The translations under genes and the position numbers were made by a program. Shown here piece by piece: positions 19,402-30,276 of a stretch of 64,000 nt of DNA. The notes beneath the pieces were generated by a model. It was given only the letters and a program-made list of their open reading frames with translations, was not told the DNA's origin and ran no database searches. The DNA comes from Elusimicrobiota bacterium (GTDB lineage: Bacteria; Elusimicrobiota; Elusimicrobia; UBA1565; UBA9628), in NCBI GenBank assembly GCA_016212855.1, contig JACRDP010000011.1, positions 12,120 through 76,119 of the forward strand, written 5' to 3'. The number at the start of each line of letters is the position of its first letter. The stretch's first letter is position 1.

Positions 19402-19884
19402 ATGAGAAACGGATTTCTGCTGTTGGGCGCGCCGGCGGTCATCGTCGCGGCTGCGGTCTCCTTCGCGGCGTCGTCCGAGGAGACGGCGGTCCGGAAGGTC
19501 CTCGCGGACTATCGGGCGGCGATGGAGGAGCGCAGCGTCGTGAAGCTCGCTCTTGTCGTCTCGAACGAACTTCTGGTTCTTGAGGGAATCCACAAGAACG
19601 ACGGCTGGGCGGACTACCGGGACAAGCATATCGGCCCCGAGATGGCGGAATGGAAGGAGTTCAAGGTTTCCGGCTTAAAGCTCGCGAAGCTGGAAGTCGG
19701 CGAGGGACTCGCCTATGCCGTTCAGGAGGCGACCTACACCATCGTCGACGCGAAGGGGCCGGTCGTCATGCTGGGAGCCGAGACCGTGGTCCTCGGCAAG
19801 GAGCCGAAAGGCTGGAAGATCCGGCACCTGCACCTTTCCGCAAAGCGCGTCTCTGCGGCCAAGCCCGCGGCAAAGTCGCCGTGA
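19402..19884 (+). CDS. Secreted NTF2-like (DUF4440/SnoaL-like) protein
   Basis: Signal peptide, then NTF2-like features including the C-terminal GWKIRHLHLS. SD AGGAGA, nearly identical to the SD context of the gene at 18563. Confidence 0.55.
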   Translation: MRNGFLLLGAPAVIVAAAVSFAASSEETAVRKVLADYRAAMEERSVVKLALVVSNELLVLEGIHKNDGWADYRDKHIGPEMAEWKEFKVSGLKLAKLEVGEGLAYAVQEATYTIVDAKGPVVMLGAETVVLGKEPKGWKIRHLHLSAKRVSAAKPAAKSP

Positions 19885-19957
19885 CCGTTTCGAGCTCCGG
19901 TCCCCTTATGTTGCTCGAGAATTCAACGAATTTGTCGGCCTGACACCGTCAGCGAAG

Positions 19958-20791
19958 TCAGAGAGCCCACTGGCAGACGTTCACGCCGGCCAGGGCGTCG
20001 CGGCCGGACTCGCGGCGGGTCGCGTCGAGGCCGAGCCAGAACAGCTCGATGGCGTCGAGCGCCTTCTGGCCGCCCTTCAGGAAACGCTTGGCATCGAAGC
20101 CGGGCAGTTCAAAAGTCTCCTCGAGCTCGCGCCAGACGTTGACGCCGTGGCCCGCCTCGATCTCGGCGTGAAACTTGAAGAAGCCGAGCGGGATGATCTC
20201 CAGACCGTCCGCCGAGCGCCGCTGGTTGACGAGCTCCAGGCCGCGGATCAGCTGACGCCAAAAATTACCCGCCTCCAGACGCGGACCGCCGCCCAGGCCC
20301 GACGCGGCCCAGCACTCGATGGCGAAGGACGCGCCGGCGTTGATCATCGGATCGTGCGAGCCGTAGGTCTTGTCGAGGCCGGTCAGGAAGGCGTGGGTCG
20401 CCTTCGTGCCGGAGCCCCAGCGCCCGAGCTTCATCGGCTCGATGCCCAGCGCCGCGCCGGCGTCGCGCAGCCAGTTGAGGTGGGCGTTCCCCGAGGCGAA
20501 GGTGCGGCCCTCGACCGAGCCGGTGCGCGGGTCGAGGCCCACGCCGCACTCGTTCATCAGGATGTTGCGCGCGCAGCGCTCGCCCTCGATCGTGCCGGCG
20601 TTGACCATGCGCTTCACCTGAAGCACGAGGAAGTGGTTGGAGAACACCGAGAACTGGACGAGCAGGTCGGAGACCTGGTCCTCGTCGGCCTCGCCGCGGG
20701 CGAACCACGCGGTGAAGGGGTTGGCGGTGATGACGGGGTGGGTGAACAGCTCTTTGCGCACGACATTCTTGAAGGCTTCGAGATCTTTCAT
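19958..20791 (-). CDS. Heme-oxygenase-like fold, putative di-iron redox enzyme (PqqC/CADD/TenA-like superfamily)
   Basis: All-helical 277 aa protein with candidate carboxylate/His ligand motifs (MNECG, NAHLNW, AIECWA, FHAEIEAGH). Divergent from a LysR regulator. Confidence 0.5.
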   Translation of the reverse strand: MKDLEAFKNVVRKELFTHPVITANPFTAWFARGEADEDQVSDLLVQFSVFSNHFLVLQVKRMVNAGTIEGERCARNILMNECGVGLDPRTGSVEGRTFASGNAHLNWLRDAGAALGIEPMKLGRWGSGTKATHAFLTGLDKTYGSHDPMINAGASFAIECWAASGLGGGPRLEAGNFWRQLIRGLELVNQRRSADGLEIIPLGFFKFHAEIEAGHGVNVWRELEETFELPGFDAKRFLKGGQKALDAIELFWLGLDATRRESGRDALAGVNVCQWAL

Positions 20792-20837
20792 GCCGACAGC
20801 ATACCAGGAGGAGCGTGTTTCTGTGAAGTAGCTAATA

Positions 20838-20866
20838 TTGACATAAGTGTTAACTCATGGTTAACT
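20838..20866 (+). promoter_or_regulatory. lysR promoter (TTGACA-17-TTAACT) overlapping a GTTAAC-N5-GTTAAC dyad (LysR T-N11-A type box)
   Basis: TTGACA at 20838-20843 and TTAACT at 20861-20866. The dyad TTAAC/GTTAA spans 20849-20865 in the divergent intergenic region. Confidence 0.5.
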
Positions 20867-21765
20867 ATGCCGTGGACCTCTACCAGCTGCGCTACTTCCT
20901 CGAGGTGTCCCGGACCTTGAACTTCACCCGGGCGGCCGAAAACCTGGGCATCTCGACGCCGGCCGTCAGCAAAAGCGTGGCCTTGCTCGAACGCTCCGTC
21001 GGTCAGCCCCTGCTGACGCGCTCCCGCCGGCTCGTGCAGCTGACGCAGGCGGGCGAAAGGCTCAAGGCCCACGCCGAGCGCGTCTACGATGAGCTTGAGG
21101 CCGCTCGCCTCGACCTGCGCGGCGAAGCGGGCTCTCCGGCGATGCTCAAGATCGGCAGCCGCGAGATGATCACCAACTATCTGCTTGGGCCTTCCCTGCT
21201 CGCATTCCGCAAGCAGCACCCAGCGACGCGCTTCGGCGTGTACGAGCTCGGTCCGCGCGAAATGGCCGCGGCTTTGCGCAAGAACCAGATCGACTTCGGG
21301 TTCTACTACAGCGCCGAGATCCCCGATCCCGCGCTCGAGATCCGCCGCCTGGGCCGGCTCGACTCGCATGTCTATGCCGCCCCGTCTCTTTGGGGAAAAT
21401 CCAAGATTCCCAAGACGTTCGACGGCGTGCGCAAACTTCCCTTCATCGCCCCCCGCTACTTCGGCGCGGACCCCTCCGAGCCGAGCCTCGACGGCTTTCC
21501 CGATCAGGAAAATCCGCGCGTCATTCAGTACGAGGGCGAGTTCCTCGAGACCCACCGTCGCTTCGCGCTCGACGGCATCGCCGCCGCCGTCCTGCCCGAC
21601 TTCACGGTCAAGCGCGAGTGGAAAGCGGGCCTCCTCTCCCGTCTTCCCGGCCCTGAGCTCGGCCGGGAGATCTTCTTCCTCAAGCGCCGCGGGCGCCCTC
21701 TGCCGAAGTCCGTGGACGAGTTCGTGGAGACCGTCGCTCGCTCGATCAAACGCGTCGCCTACTAG
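20857..21765 (+). CDS. LysR-family transcriptional regulator
   Basis: N-terminal wHTH (LYQLRYFLEVSRTLNFTRAAENLGISTPAVSKSV) plus a LysR substrate-binding domain. The true start may be GTG 20872 (VDLYQLRYF), 5 nt after the -10. Confidence 0.9.
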   Translation: MVNYAVDLYQLRYFLEVSRTLNFTRAAENLGISTPAVSKSVALLERSVGQPLLTRSRRLVQLTQAGERLKAHAERVYDELEAARLDLRGEAGSPAMLKIGSREMITNYLLGPSLLAFRKQHPATRFGVYELGPREMAAALRKNQIDFGFYYSAEIPDPALEIRRLGRLDSHVYAAPSLWGKSKIPKTFDGVRKLPFIAPRYFGADPSEPSLDGFPDQENPRVIQYEGEFLETHRRFALDGIAAAVLPDFTVKREWKAGLLSRLPGPELGREIFFLKRRGRPLPKSVDEFVETVARSIKRVAY

Positions 21766-21833
21766 CTCACCTAACTCCGGAATTCTTCAAGCGATGGGCG
21801 GCCAAGAACGACCCTTCCCCGGGGAGAGTCGAA

Positions 21834-21895
21834 TTGCGTTTCCAGTCATTTCACTGTCACCGCGAGGGTGAAATTCACACAAACGCAATTTTTTT
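21834..21895 (+). terminator. Rho-independent terminator after lysR
   Basis: Outer stem TTGCGTTT/AAACGCAA encloses an inner stem ATTTCAC/GTGAAAT and is followed by a T7 run at 21889-21895. Confidence 0.6.
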
Positions 21896-21926
21896 GACGC
21901 CAGCAGCGCGCTCGAAAGCGTTTTGA

Positions 21927-23078
21927 CTAGCCTTTGCGCAGCTTGAAACGCGAAAGCCGGAAGCGGTGCAGGTTCAGCTCCGACTTGCCGCCGATCATGA
22001 GCTCGGCCATGGACTTGCCGACGATCGGGGCGAACTTGAAGCCGTGGCCGGAGAAGCCGGCGGCGACGAAGCCGTTGGGCGCGTCGGGGAGGCGGTCGAG
22101 AATGAAGTCGTCGTCGGGCGTATTATCGTACCAGCAGACGTGGCCCTCGAAGTCGATGAAGTCGGCGAGCTCGGGCATGAACGAGCGGAGGAACTTACGG
22201 CACTCTTTCTCAAACTTCGGCGAGAGCGTGCGCAGCTCGTCGGCGTTCGCGGCTTTCACGACCGGGCCCTTCTTGTGGCAGCCGATCTTGATGAAGCCCT
22301 GGATGTGCACCGGGAAGCCGTAGAAGCCGCCGGTCAAGCTGGCGAAGACAGGAAAGTGCTCGGGGCGGTAGCGGCCGCGGCCCTGCTGAGGTCTTAAGAA
22401 AAGCTGTTCTTGTTTCGTAATCTTGATCGGAACGCCCCACGGCTTGAGCAGTTCGTTCGACCAGTAGCCGGCGGTGAACAGGAACTTCTCCGCCTCCCAC
22501 ACCTTGCCCGTCGAGTCTTTGACCGATTTGATGCCGGTCTTGTCCTTCTGGATCGAGACGACCTTGACGCCGTTGCGGATCTTGACGCCCTTGCGCTGCG
22601 CGATCGACGCGGTCGCGGCCACCGAGCGGCTGGCCCAGATCATGCCGCCGTCGGGATGGAACAGCGCCCACTTGAAGGCGCCGGACTTGTACATGGGATA
22701 GCGCTTCTTCACGTCGGGCGGCATCATCTTTTCGAAGCGGATCTTGCGGTCCTTGAGCACGGCCATGCTCGCCGACTCGTAGCCGACGGCCTTCGGCGCG
22801 AGCTCGAGCATGCCGTTCTGAAGAAGAAGCGTTTCTTCGGAGAGGGTATTGAGCTCCAGCCACAACGGCAGGGCCTTGAGCGCCATCTCGGTGTAGAAGG
22901 CGTCCTTGCCGTAGGTGAGGCGGAAGACGCGCAGGTGATCGCCCGAAGCGGCCCACTGGTTGGGCACGTCGCGCTGATCGAGCACGGTCACGGTGTGACC
23001 CTGCAGAGCCAGATGATAGGCCGTCTGCACGCCCATGATGCCGCCGCCCACGACGATCACCGAATTCTTCGTGCTCAT
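21927..23078 (-). CDS. FAD-dependent oxidoreductase (sarcosine oxidase/DAO family)
   Basis: N-terminal Rossmann motif VIVVGGGIMGVQTAYHLA. Start at ATG 23078; the ORF-track N-terminal extension is Arg/Gly-rich junk. Confidence 0.85.
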   Translation of the reverse strand: MSTKNSVIVVGGGIMGVQTAYHLALQGHTVTVLDQRDVPNQWAASGDHLRVFRLTYGKDAFYTEMALKALPLWLELNTLSEETLLLQNGMLELAPKAVGYESASMAVLKDRKIRFEKMMPPDVKKRYPMYKSGAFKWALFHPDGGMIWASRSVAATASIAQRKGVKIRNGVKVVSIQKDKTGIKSVKDSTGKVWEAEKFLFTAGYWSNELLKPWGVPIKITKQEQLFLRPQQGRGRYRPEHFPVFASLTGGFYGFPVHIQGFIKIGCHKKGPVVKAANADELRTLSPKFEKECRKFLRSFMPELADFIDFEGHVCWYDNTPDDDFILDRLPDAPNGFVAAGFSGHGFKFAPIVGKSMAELMIGGKSELNLHRFRLSRFKLRKG

Positions 23079-23506
23079 TTGAAAAACCGCCCCCCGATCC
23101 GGCCCGCCACGCTTTCCGCCGAGGAGCCGTGGCCGACCTTCAGCCACTTGCCGCCCTCGGCTTCGGCCAGACGCCCCAGCTCCGCGTCCGCCGTCACCAC
23201 CGTCGTCGATCCGCCGCCGCTCCACTTGCGCGAGCGAACCCGGTCGAGGATCAGGTCGTCGGCCGTCCTTTCGCGAGTGAAGCTGAGTCTAAAATTGTCC
23301 GGCCTCGGACCCCCGAAAGTCCGGAACGCCCCGTCGAAAAACAGCTCGATTTCGACCTTCTCCCCGGCATCCTCGCAAAGTCTCGCGAAAATAACGGTTA
23401 TCCGGTCGGTATCGGCGTCTTCCTGAGCCGCGTGGTCCGGACCGCCGTAGCCGTAGGCGGTGCGGACCAGATTCGTCCCATCGATGCAGAACAACCGGAC
23501 ACCCAT
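23075..23506 (-). CDS. NYN (YacP/Rae1-like) domain protein, predicted ribonuclease
   Basis: LFCIDGTNLVR..., ELFFDG, FTRERTADDLILDRV and TVVTADAELG follow the YacP-type NYN pattern. ATGA overlap with the downstream FAD oxidoreductase gene. Confidence 0.55.
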   Translation of the reverse strand: MGVRLFCIDGTNLVRTAYGYGGPDHAAQEDADTDRITVIFARLCEDAGEKVEIELFFDGAFRTFGGPRPDNFRLSFTRERTADDLILDRVRSRKWSGGGSTTVVTADAELGRLAEAEGGKWLKVGHGSSAESVAGRIGGRFFK

Positions 23507-23546
23507 CGTAGCTTATTTTAGCAAACCGACATTCGCGGGAGGGCCC

Positions 23547-23575
23547 TTGACGGCCCACTCCCAGCTCTTTACACT
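23547..23575 (+). promoter_or_regulatory. Promoter TTGACG-17-TACACT upstream of the kinase gene
   Basis: TTGACG at 23547-23552, 17 nt spacer, TACACT at 23570-23575. The ATG at 23597 follows 21 nt after the -10. Confidence 0.4.
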
Positions 23576-23596
23576 GACGAGGGGCCTTTCCCTAAT

Positions 23597-26327
<2,731 letters not shown>

Positions 26328-26328
26328 G

Positions 26329-27180
26329 TTAGAAGGGCAGCAGCCGCCGCACGCGGCCTTCGATCAAAAACAGGGCGGTGTCCTCGCCCTTCGAGTGAGT
26401 GGCGGCGAGGTTGGCCTCGTCGACGGCGTGATGCAGGGCGTTCATGTACTGGCGCATGACGCTCGAGGACGCGCGCACGAGCTCGAGGCGTTCGCCGAAC
26501 GGCCCGCCGCGGCGCTTGGCCATCGCGTCCCAGTAGCCGCGCACGCGGTCGAGAAGCGGCTCCATGCCCTTGGTCCGTCCCGGGAAGGTCCAGAACTTTC
26601 CGGGCTGGCGCGTGCGGTAGCGGCCGGGCGAGGTCGCGCGCAGGAGCTTGGCCTTCGCCAGCCGCTCGAGCGCCGCGGCCGCGTCCTTGGCCGGACAGCC
26701 CAGGCGTTCGACGATCATCGCGGCGTCCCAGGAGTCGCCGTCGTTGAGCAGGAGCTCCGAGGTCCAGTACGACGTCTCGTCGTGGGAGACGGCCGTGAAC
26801 TGCTCCACGTTCATGTGCATCAGGTGCTCGCGCTTGAGGCGGTCGAAGCCGCCCTGGGCGAGCGTCGGCGAGACCTGGGGCGCGGTCGCGCTCAGACCGC
26901 CGACGACCAGCTCGTAGGCCTCCGGCGAGCCGAGCACGTCGAGCAGGTAGGCCTGGAACATCTTGCGCGCGCCGTCCTGAGCCGGAGCCAGGCGCAGGGC
27001 CTTGAGGATCGCGCCGAACGCCTCCGCGCGCGGCGCCTTGGCGCCTTTTTCCAGCCGGAGGTAATGAACGTAGGTGAACCCGAAATGGCGCCGGCCGCCG
27101 TTGCGGTGATAGAAGCGATACGCGGACGGGAATCCCGCTTCGCGGCGAAGGGCGAGAAGGGCTTCGGAGAAGGCGCTCAT
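26329..27180 (-). CDS. Hypothetical protein with a winged-helix-like segment (possibly TIGR02147/DUF4423-like)
   Basis: 283 aa. A wHTH-like stretch (IVERLGCPAKDAAAALERLAKAKLLR) is present. The stop lies 1 nt before the EVE gene start. The family assignment is from memory only. Confidence 0.45.
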   Translation of the reverse strand: MSAFSEALLALRREAGFPSAYRFYHRNGGRRHFGFTYVHYLRLEKGAKAPRAEAFGAILKALRLAPAQDGARKMFQAYLLDVLGSPEAYELVVGGLSATAPQVSPTLAQGGFDRLKREHLMHMNVEQFTAVSHDETSYWTSELLLNDGDSWDAAMIVERLGCPAKDAAAALERLAKAKLLRATSPGRYRTRQPGKFWTFPGRTKGMEPLLDRVRGYWDAMAKRRGGPFGERLELVRASSSVMRQYMNALHHAVDEANLAATHSKGEDTALFLIEGRVRRLLPF

Positions 27181-27264
27181 GTGGTCACCGGCGCCGCTAT
27201 CATATCACAATGACAACTTCCCTCCGTTTACGAGCGCCCGATCGACTGTTCCTGGATATTGATT

Positions 27265-27801
27265 CTAAAGTATGCGCGGCGTGGCGTCGTCGTCCCACGC
27301 GACGGGCGTGAGGCCGAGGGCGCGGGCGGAGGCCGTCATGCGCTCGAGGTACGGGCCCAGCAACTCCGGAATCAGCAGCACGGCGTCGGCGCCCCCCGCT
27401 CGGGCGCGCTCGAGCTGCCAGACGTCGACGACGTAATCCATCATCGCGACCAGGGCGTCAGGGCAGGCCTCGCGAACGGCGTCTAGATGAGCGTAATCCC
27501 CGGCGTGAAAATTTCGTTCGGTCCACACGCCCAGCCCGGTCGCCCCGCGTCCGAGCGCCGAGACGGCGCGCCGCGCCGCGTACTCGGTCGTGACCTCGCC
27601 GCCGGAAACGAGCAAGCCGATGCCGGGAGACGCGAAACGAAGGTCCATGCAGACTCCGGATAAGGCCGGAGTGAAATCCCGCGGCGCGCGCGCGTAGCCC
27701 GCAAGAGCGCGAAGCGCCTCCACCGGTTTCTCCACTTTTAGACGCTCAAGCCTGCGCGCCGTATGCGCCGCCATGCCCTTCAAATCCGAAGGGTTACTCA
27801 C
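27265..27801 (-). CDS. Truncated, catalytically degenerate indole-3-glycerol-phosphate synthase (TrpC) paralog or relic
   Basis: Aligns by eye with the N-terminal two-thirds of the bona fide TrpC at 40533-41321 (GADAVLLI is shared). However, IIAEVKFHSP becomes VCMDLRFASP, LMKDF becomes AMMDY, and it ends at LGLTPVAWDDD where TrpC has LGLSVLIEAHDE. Confidence 0.65.
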   Translation of the reverse strand: MSNPSDLKGMAAHTARRLERLKVEKPVEALRALAGYARAPRDFTPALSGVCMDLRFASPGIGLLVSGGEVTTEYAARRAVSALGRGATGLGVWTERNFHAGDYAHLDAVREACPDALVAMMDYVVDVWQLERARAGGADAVLLIPELLGPYLERMTASARALGLTPVAWDDDATPRIL

Positions 27802-27822
27802 TCTTTACCCGCGGGACGGCGG

Positions 27823-27846
27823 CGAACTGTTGTCGACAACAGTTCG
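27823..27846. repeat. Perfect 24-nt palindrome CGAACTGTTGTCGACAACAGTTCG between trpG and the trpC-like ORF
   Basis: Read directly from the sequence. It shares the 14-nt core TGTTGTCGACAACA with the palindrome at 42353-42370. Confidence 0.9.
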
Positions 27847-27877
27847 ACATGTATCTGTGGTGGATGGCGTGGATGAC

Positions 27878-28435
27878 TCATCGAATAAAATTGGCCAGCA
27901 TCTTGAGTCCGAGGGGCGTCGCCACGGATTCCGGGTGGAATTGGACGCCTTCAACGGGTCGATCCAGAAGCCGCAAACCCATTAAAGATCCGTCCAAGGC
28001 GCGGGCCGTCGCGACAATATTTTTCGGCAGAGGTTCCGCGGCTACGAGGCTGTGATATCGCGCGACACTAATTTGTTTGGGCAGCCCCTGGAACAGTCCC
28101 CTTCCGTCGTGGGTAATCAAACATGTCTTTCCGTGCATGAGCCGTTTGGCTCTGATGACAGGTCCGCCGTTCGCCAAGGCTATTGCCTGGTGGCCTAGGC
28201 AAACGCCCAGAACAGGGATCGTCTTAGGGGCTTTTTTGACGAGTTCCAGAAGCACTCCGGCGTCCTCCGGCCGTCCGGGGCCCGGAGAGAGAATGATCCG
28301 TTTCGGCTTCAGCGCCAAAAGCTTCTTCACCGCCATCTTGTCGTTGCGGATCACTCGACATTCGTGACCCAGCGCGCGCACCGCCTGATACAGGTTGTAC
28401 GTGAACGAGTCGTAGTTATCCAGGAGGAGGATCAC
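27878..28435 (-). CDS. trpG: Anthranilate synthase component II (glutamine amidotransferase)
   Basis: (M)ILLLDNYDSFTYNLYQ, GVCLGHQ and the HPES triad motifs are present. GTGA overlap with trpE. Confidence 0.92.
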   Translation of the reverse strand: MILLLDNYDSFTYNLYQAVRALGHECRVIRNDKMAVKKLLALKPKRIILSPGPGRPEDAGVLLELVKKAPKTIPVLGVCLGHQAIALANGGPVIRAKRLMHGKTCLITHDGRGLFQGLPKQISVARYHSLVAAEPLPKNIVATARALDGSLMGLRLLDRPVEGVQFHPESVATPLGLKMLANFIR

Positions 28436-29802
28436 TTCAATCCTCCCAATGCTCTCCGGAGTCCCGCGAGCTTATGCATGACTTCCCGCCACTCCGACGC
28501 CGGCTTCGAATCGGCCACGATGCCGGCTCCTGCCTGCAGTCGCGCGAGCCCGTTGTTCAATTCCAGAGATCGTATCGCCAGGCACGAGTCCAAATTACCC
28601 GCGAAGTCGGCCTGCACGACGGCGCCCGCGTAAAAGCCGCGCGTACCCTTCTCGAGACCCGCGATGATCTCCATCGCCCGCACCTTCGGCGCCCCGCTCA
28701 CCGTCCCCGCCGGAAACGAGGCCACGAGGGCGTCCCAAGCCGTTTTATCCTTGTCGAGCTTCCCCTCGACCTCGCTGACCAGATGCATCACGTTCGAAAA
28801 TCGCCGCGTGAGCATGAACCGCGCGACCTTCACCGAGCCCGGCGCGCTCACGCGCCCCAGGTCGTTGCGCGCGAGATCCACGAGCATCAGATGCTCGGCG
28901 CGCTCTTTCTCATCGGCGCGCAACTCCTGCTCGAGCCTCTGATCAGCGGCGCGCGTCTTGCCGCGCGGCCGCGTCCCCGCGATCGGGCAGTTGCGCGCGA
29001 CGCCGTTGACCACGCGCACCAGGCGCTCGGGCGAGGCGCCGATCCAGGCCCGTTCCCCGTCGAGAAGCAGAAACCCATACGGCGTCGTGTTCGCCGCGCG
29101 CACCGCGCGATACGCCTGGAAAAGCGTGGCCTCGAGACGAGCGATGAAGGCGTCGGACACGACGGCCTGAAAAACGTCTCCCGCCAGGATATGACGTTTG
29201 ATTTTGGCGACGCTCTTGAGATATTTGGCTCGTCCGCGTTCGGCCTGTACGGGCAATAGGCGACTCGACGCCGCAGGCGTCCGAACCGGCCCGGCCCCGC
29301 GAAGGATCGTTTTGAGCCGGGCCGCGAGCTCTTTGGCCCGCCGCCGTCCGCCCGCCCCCTTGGCCAACGCCTTCAAGGTCGCCCTTCCGTTTTCAATTAT
29401 GATGCATGCGTTGAAGAGCATCATGAACCCTTCGTCCACCATCGCGTTCATCTTCACCGGCTCGATGTGCCGGATCATCTCGTAGTCGAGAAGCCCGACC
29501 GCACCCGCGTCGAAGGGCCGCCCGCCGCGCGTTTTGATCTTGGCCAGACGCTTGCCGATGGCCTCGAACGGCTCGCCCTTGATCTTTTTCTTTGAGCGCG
29601 CCGTCACCGAGTACACATGGCCCCTGATGACGCGCAGCGTCTCGTAAGGCTGCACCCCGATCCACGCGCGGCGCCGACCCTCTTCGATCTTCTCGATCAG
29701 GTAGCCGCGGCCCCCCGGGCCGGCTAGGCGCTCGAAGCACGTCGCCGGATCGAGCCCGGTGAGGCCGAGAGGGACGGAGACGACGGTCAGGCGCTTGGGC
29801 AT
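28432..29802 (-). CDS. trpE: Anthranilate synthase component I
   Basis: Chorismate-binding enzyme motifs (SPERLV, GTRPRG, GAPKVRAMEII, YAGAVV). A TAAAAA -10 lies 6 nt upstream of the ATG at 29802, in an AT-rich gap. Confidence 0.95.
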   Translation of the reverse strand: MPKRLTVVSVPLGLTGLDPATCFERLAGPGGRGYLIEKIEEGRRRAWIGVQPYETLRVIRGHVYSVTARSKKKIKGEPFEAIGKRLAKIKTRGGRPFDAGAVGLLDYEMIRHIEPVKMNAMVDEGFMMLFNACIIIENGRATLKALAKGAGGRRRAKELAARLKTILRGAGPVRTPAASSRLLPVQAERGRAKYLKSVAKIKRHILAGDVFQAVVSDAFIARLEATLFQAYRAVRAANTTPYGFLLLDGERAWIGASPERLVRVVNGVARNCPIAGTRPRGKTRAADQRLEQELRADEKERAEHLMLVDLARNDLGRVSAPGSVKVARFMLTRRFSNVMHLVSEVEGKLDKDKTAWDALVASFPAGTVSGAPKVRAMEIIAGLEKGTRGFYAGAVVQADFAGNLDSCLAIRSLELNNGLARLQAGAGIVADSKPASEWREVMHKLAGLRRALGGLK

Positions 29803-29850
29803 GAATGATTTTTACTATTGATAATCACTCTTACGGGGAATAGTTCCCGC

Positions 29851-30276
29851 CTACTTCAGCAGCAAATCGATCGCTTCAACATACGACTGCAGTCCTTTCC
29901 CATATTTCTGTCCCGCGCACACCGGCGCGATAACCGACGTATGTCTGAAAGACTCGCGCTTCTTGATATCCGACAGATGCACCTCGATCGTCGGCACCTT
30001 GATCGAGGCCACCGCATCGCGCAGCGCGTAGCTGTAGTGGCTGTACGCGCCGGGATTGAAGACGATCCCGTCGGCCCACTTGCGGTGAGCGTGCAGGATG
30101 TCGATGAGCTCGCCCTCGGAATTCGACTGACGCGCGCGCAGCGACGCCTTTTTCTTTTTCGCGTACGCGGCGAGCTTGGAGCTGAGCTGGGCCAAGGTCA
30201 TCGTGCCGTAGATGCCCGGCTCGCGCTCGCCGAGAAGGTTCAGGTTCGGGCCGTTCAGAATCAAAATGTTCTTCAC
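29851..30276 (-). CDS. aroQ: Type II 3-dehydroquinate dehydratase
   Basis: GTG start at 30276 gives (V)KNILILNGPNLNLLGEREPGIYG...HLSDIKKRESFRH. GTGA overlap with the aroB stop. The upstream part of the ORF-track ORF is aroB antisense-frame junk. Confidence 0.9.
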   Translation of the reverse strand: MKNILILNGPNLNLLGEREPGIYGTMTLAQLSSKLAAYAKKKKASLRARQSNSEGELIDILHAHRKWADGIVFNPGAYSHYSYALRDAVASIKVPTIEVHLSDIKKRESFRHTSVIAPVCAGQKYGKGLQSYVEAIDLLLK

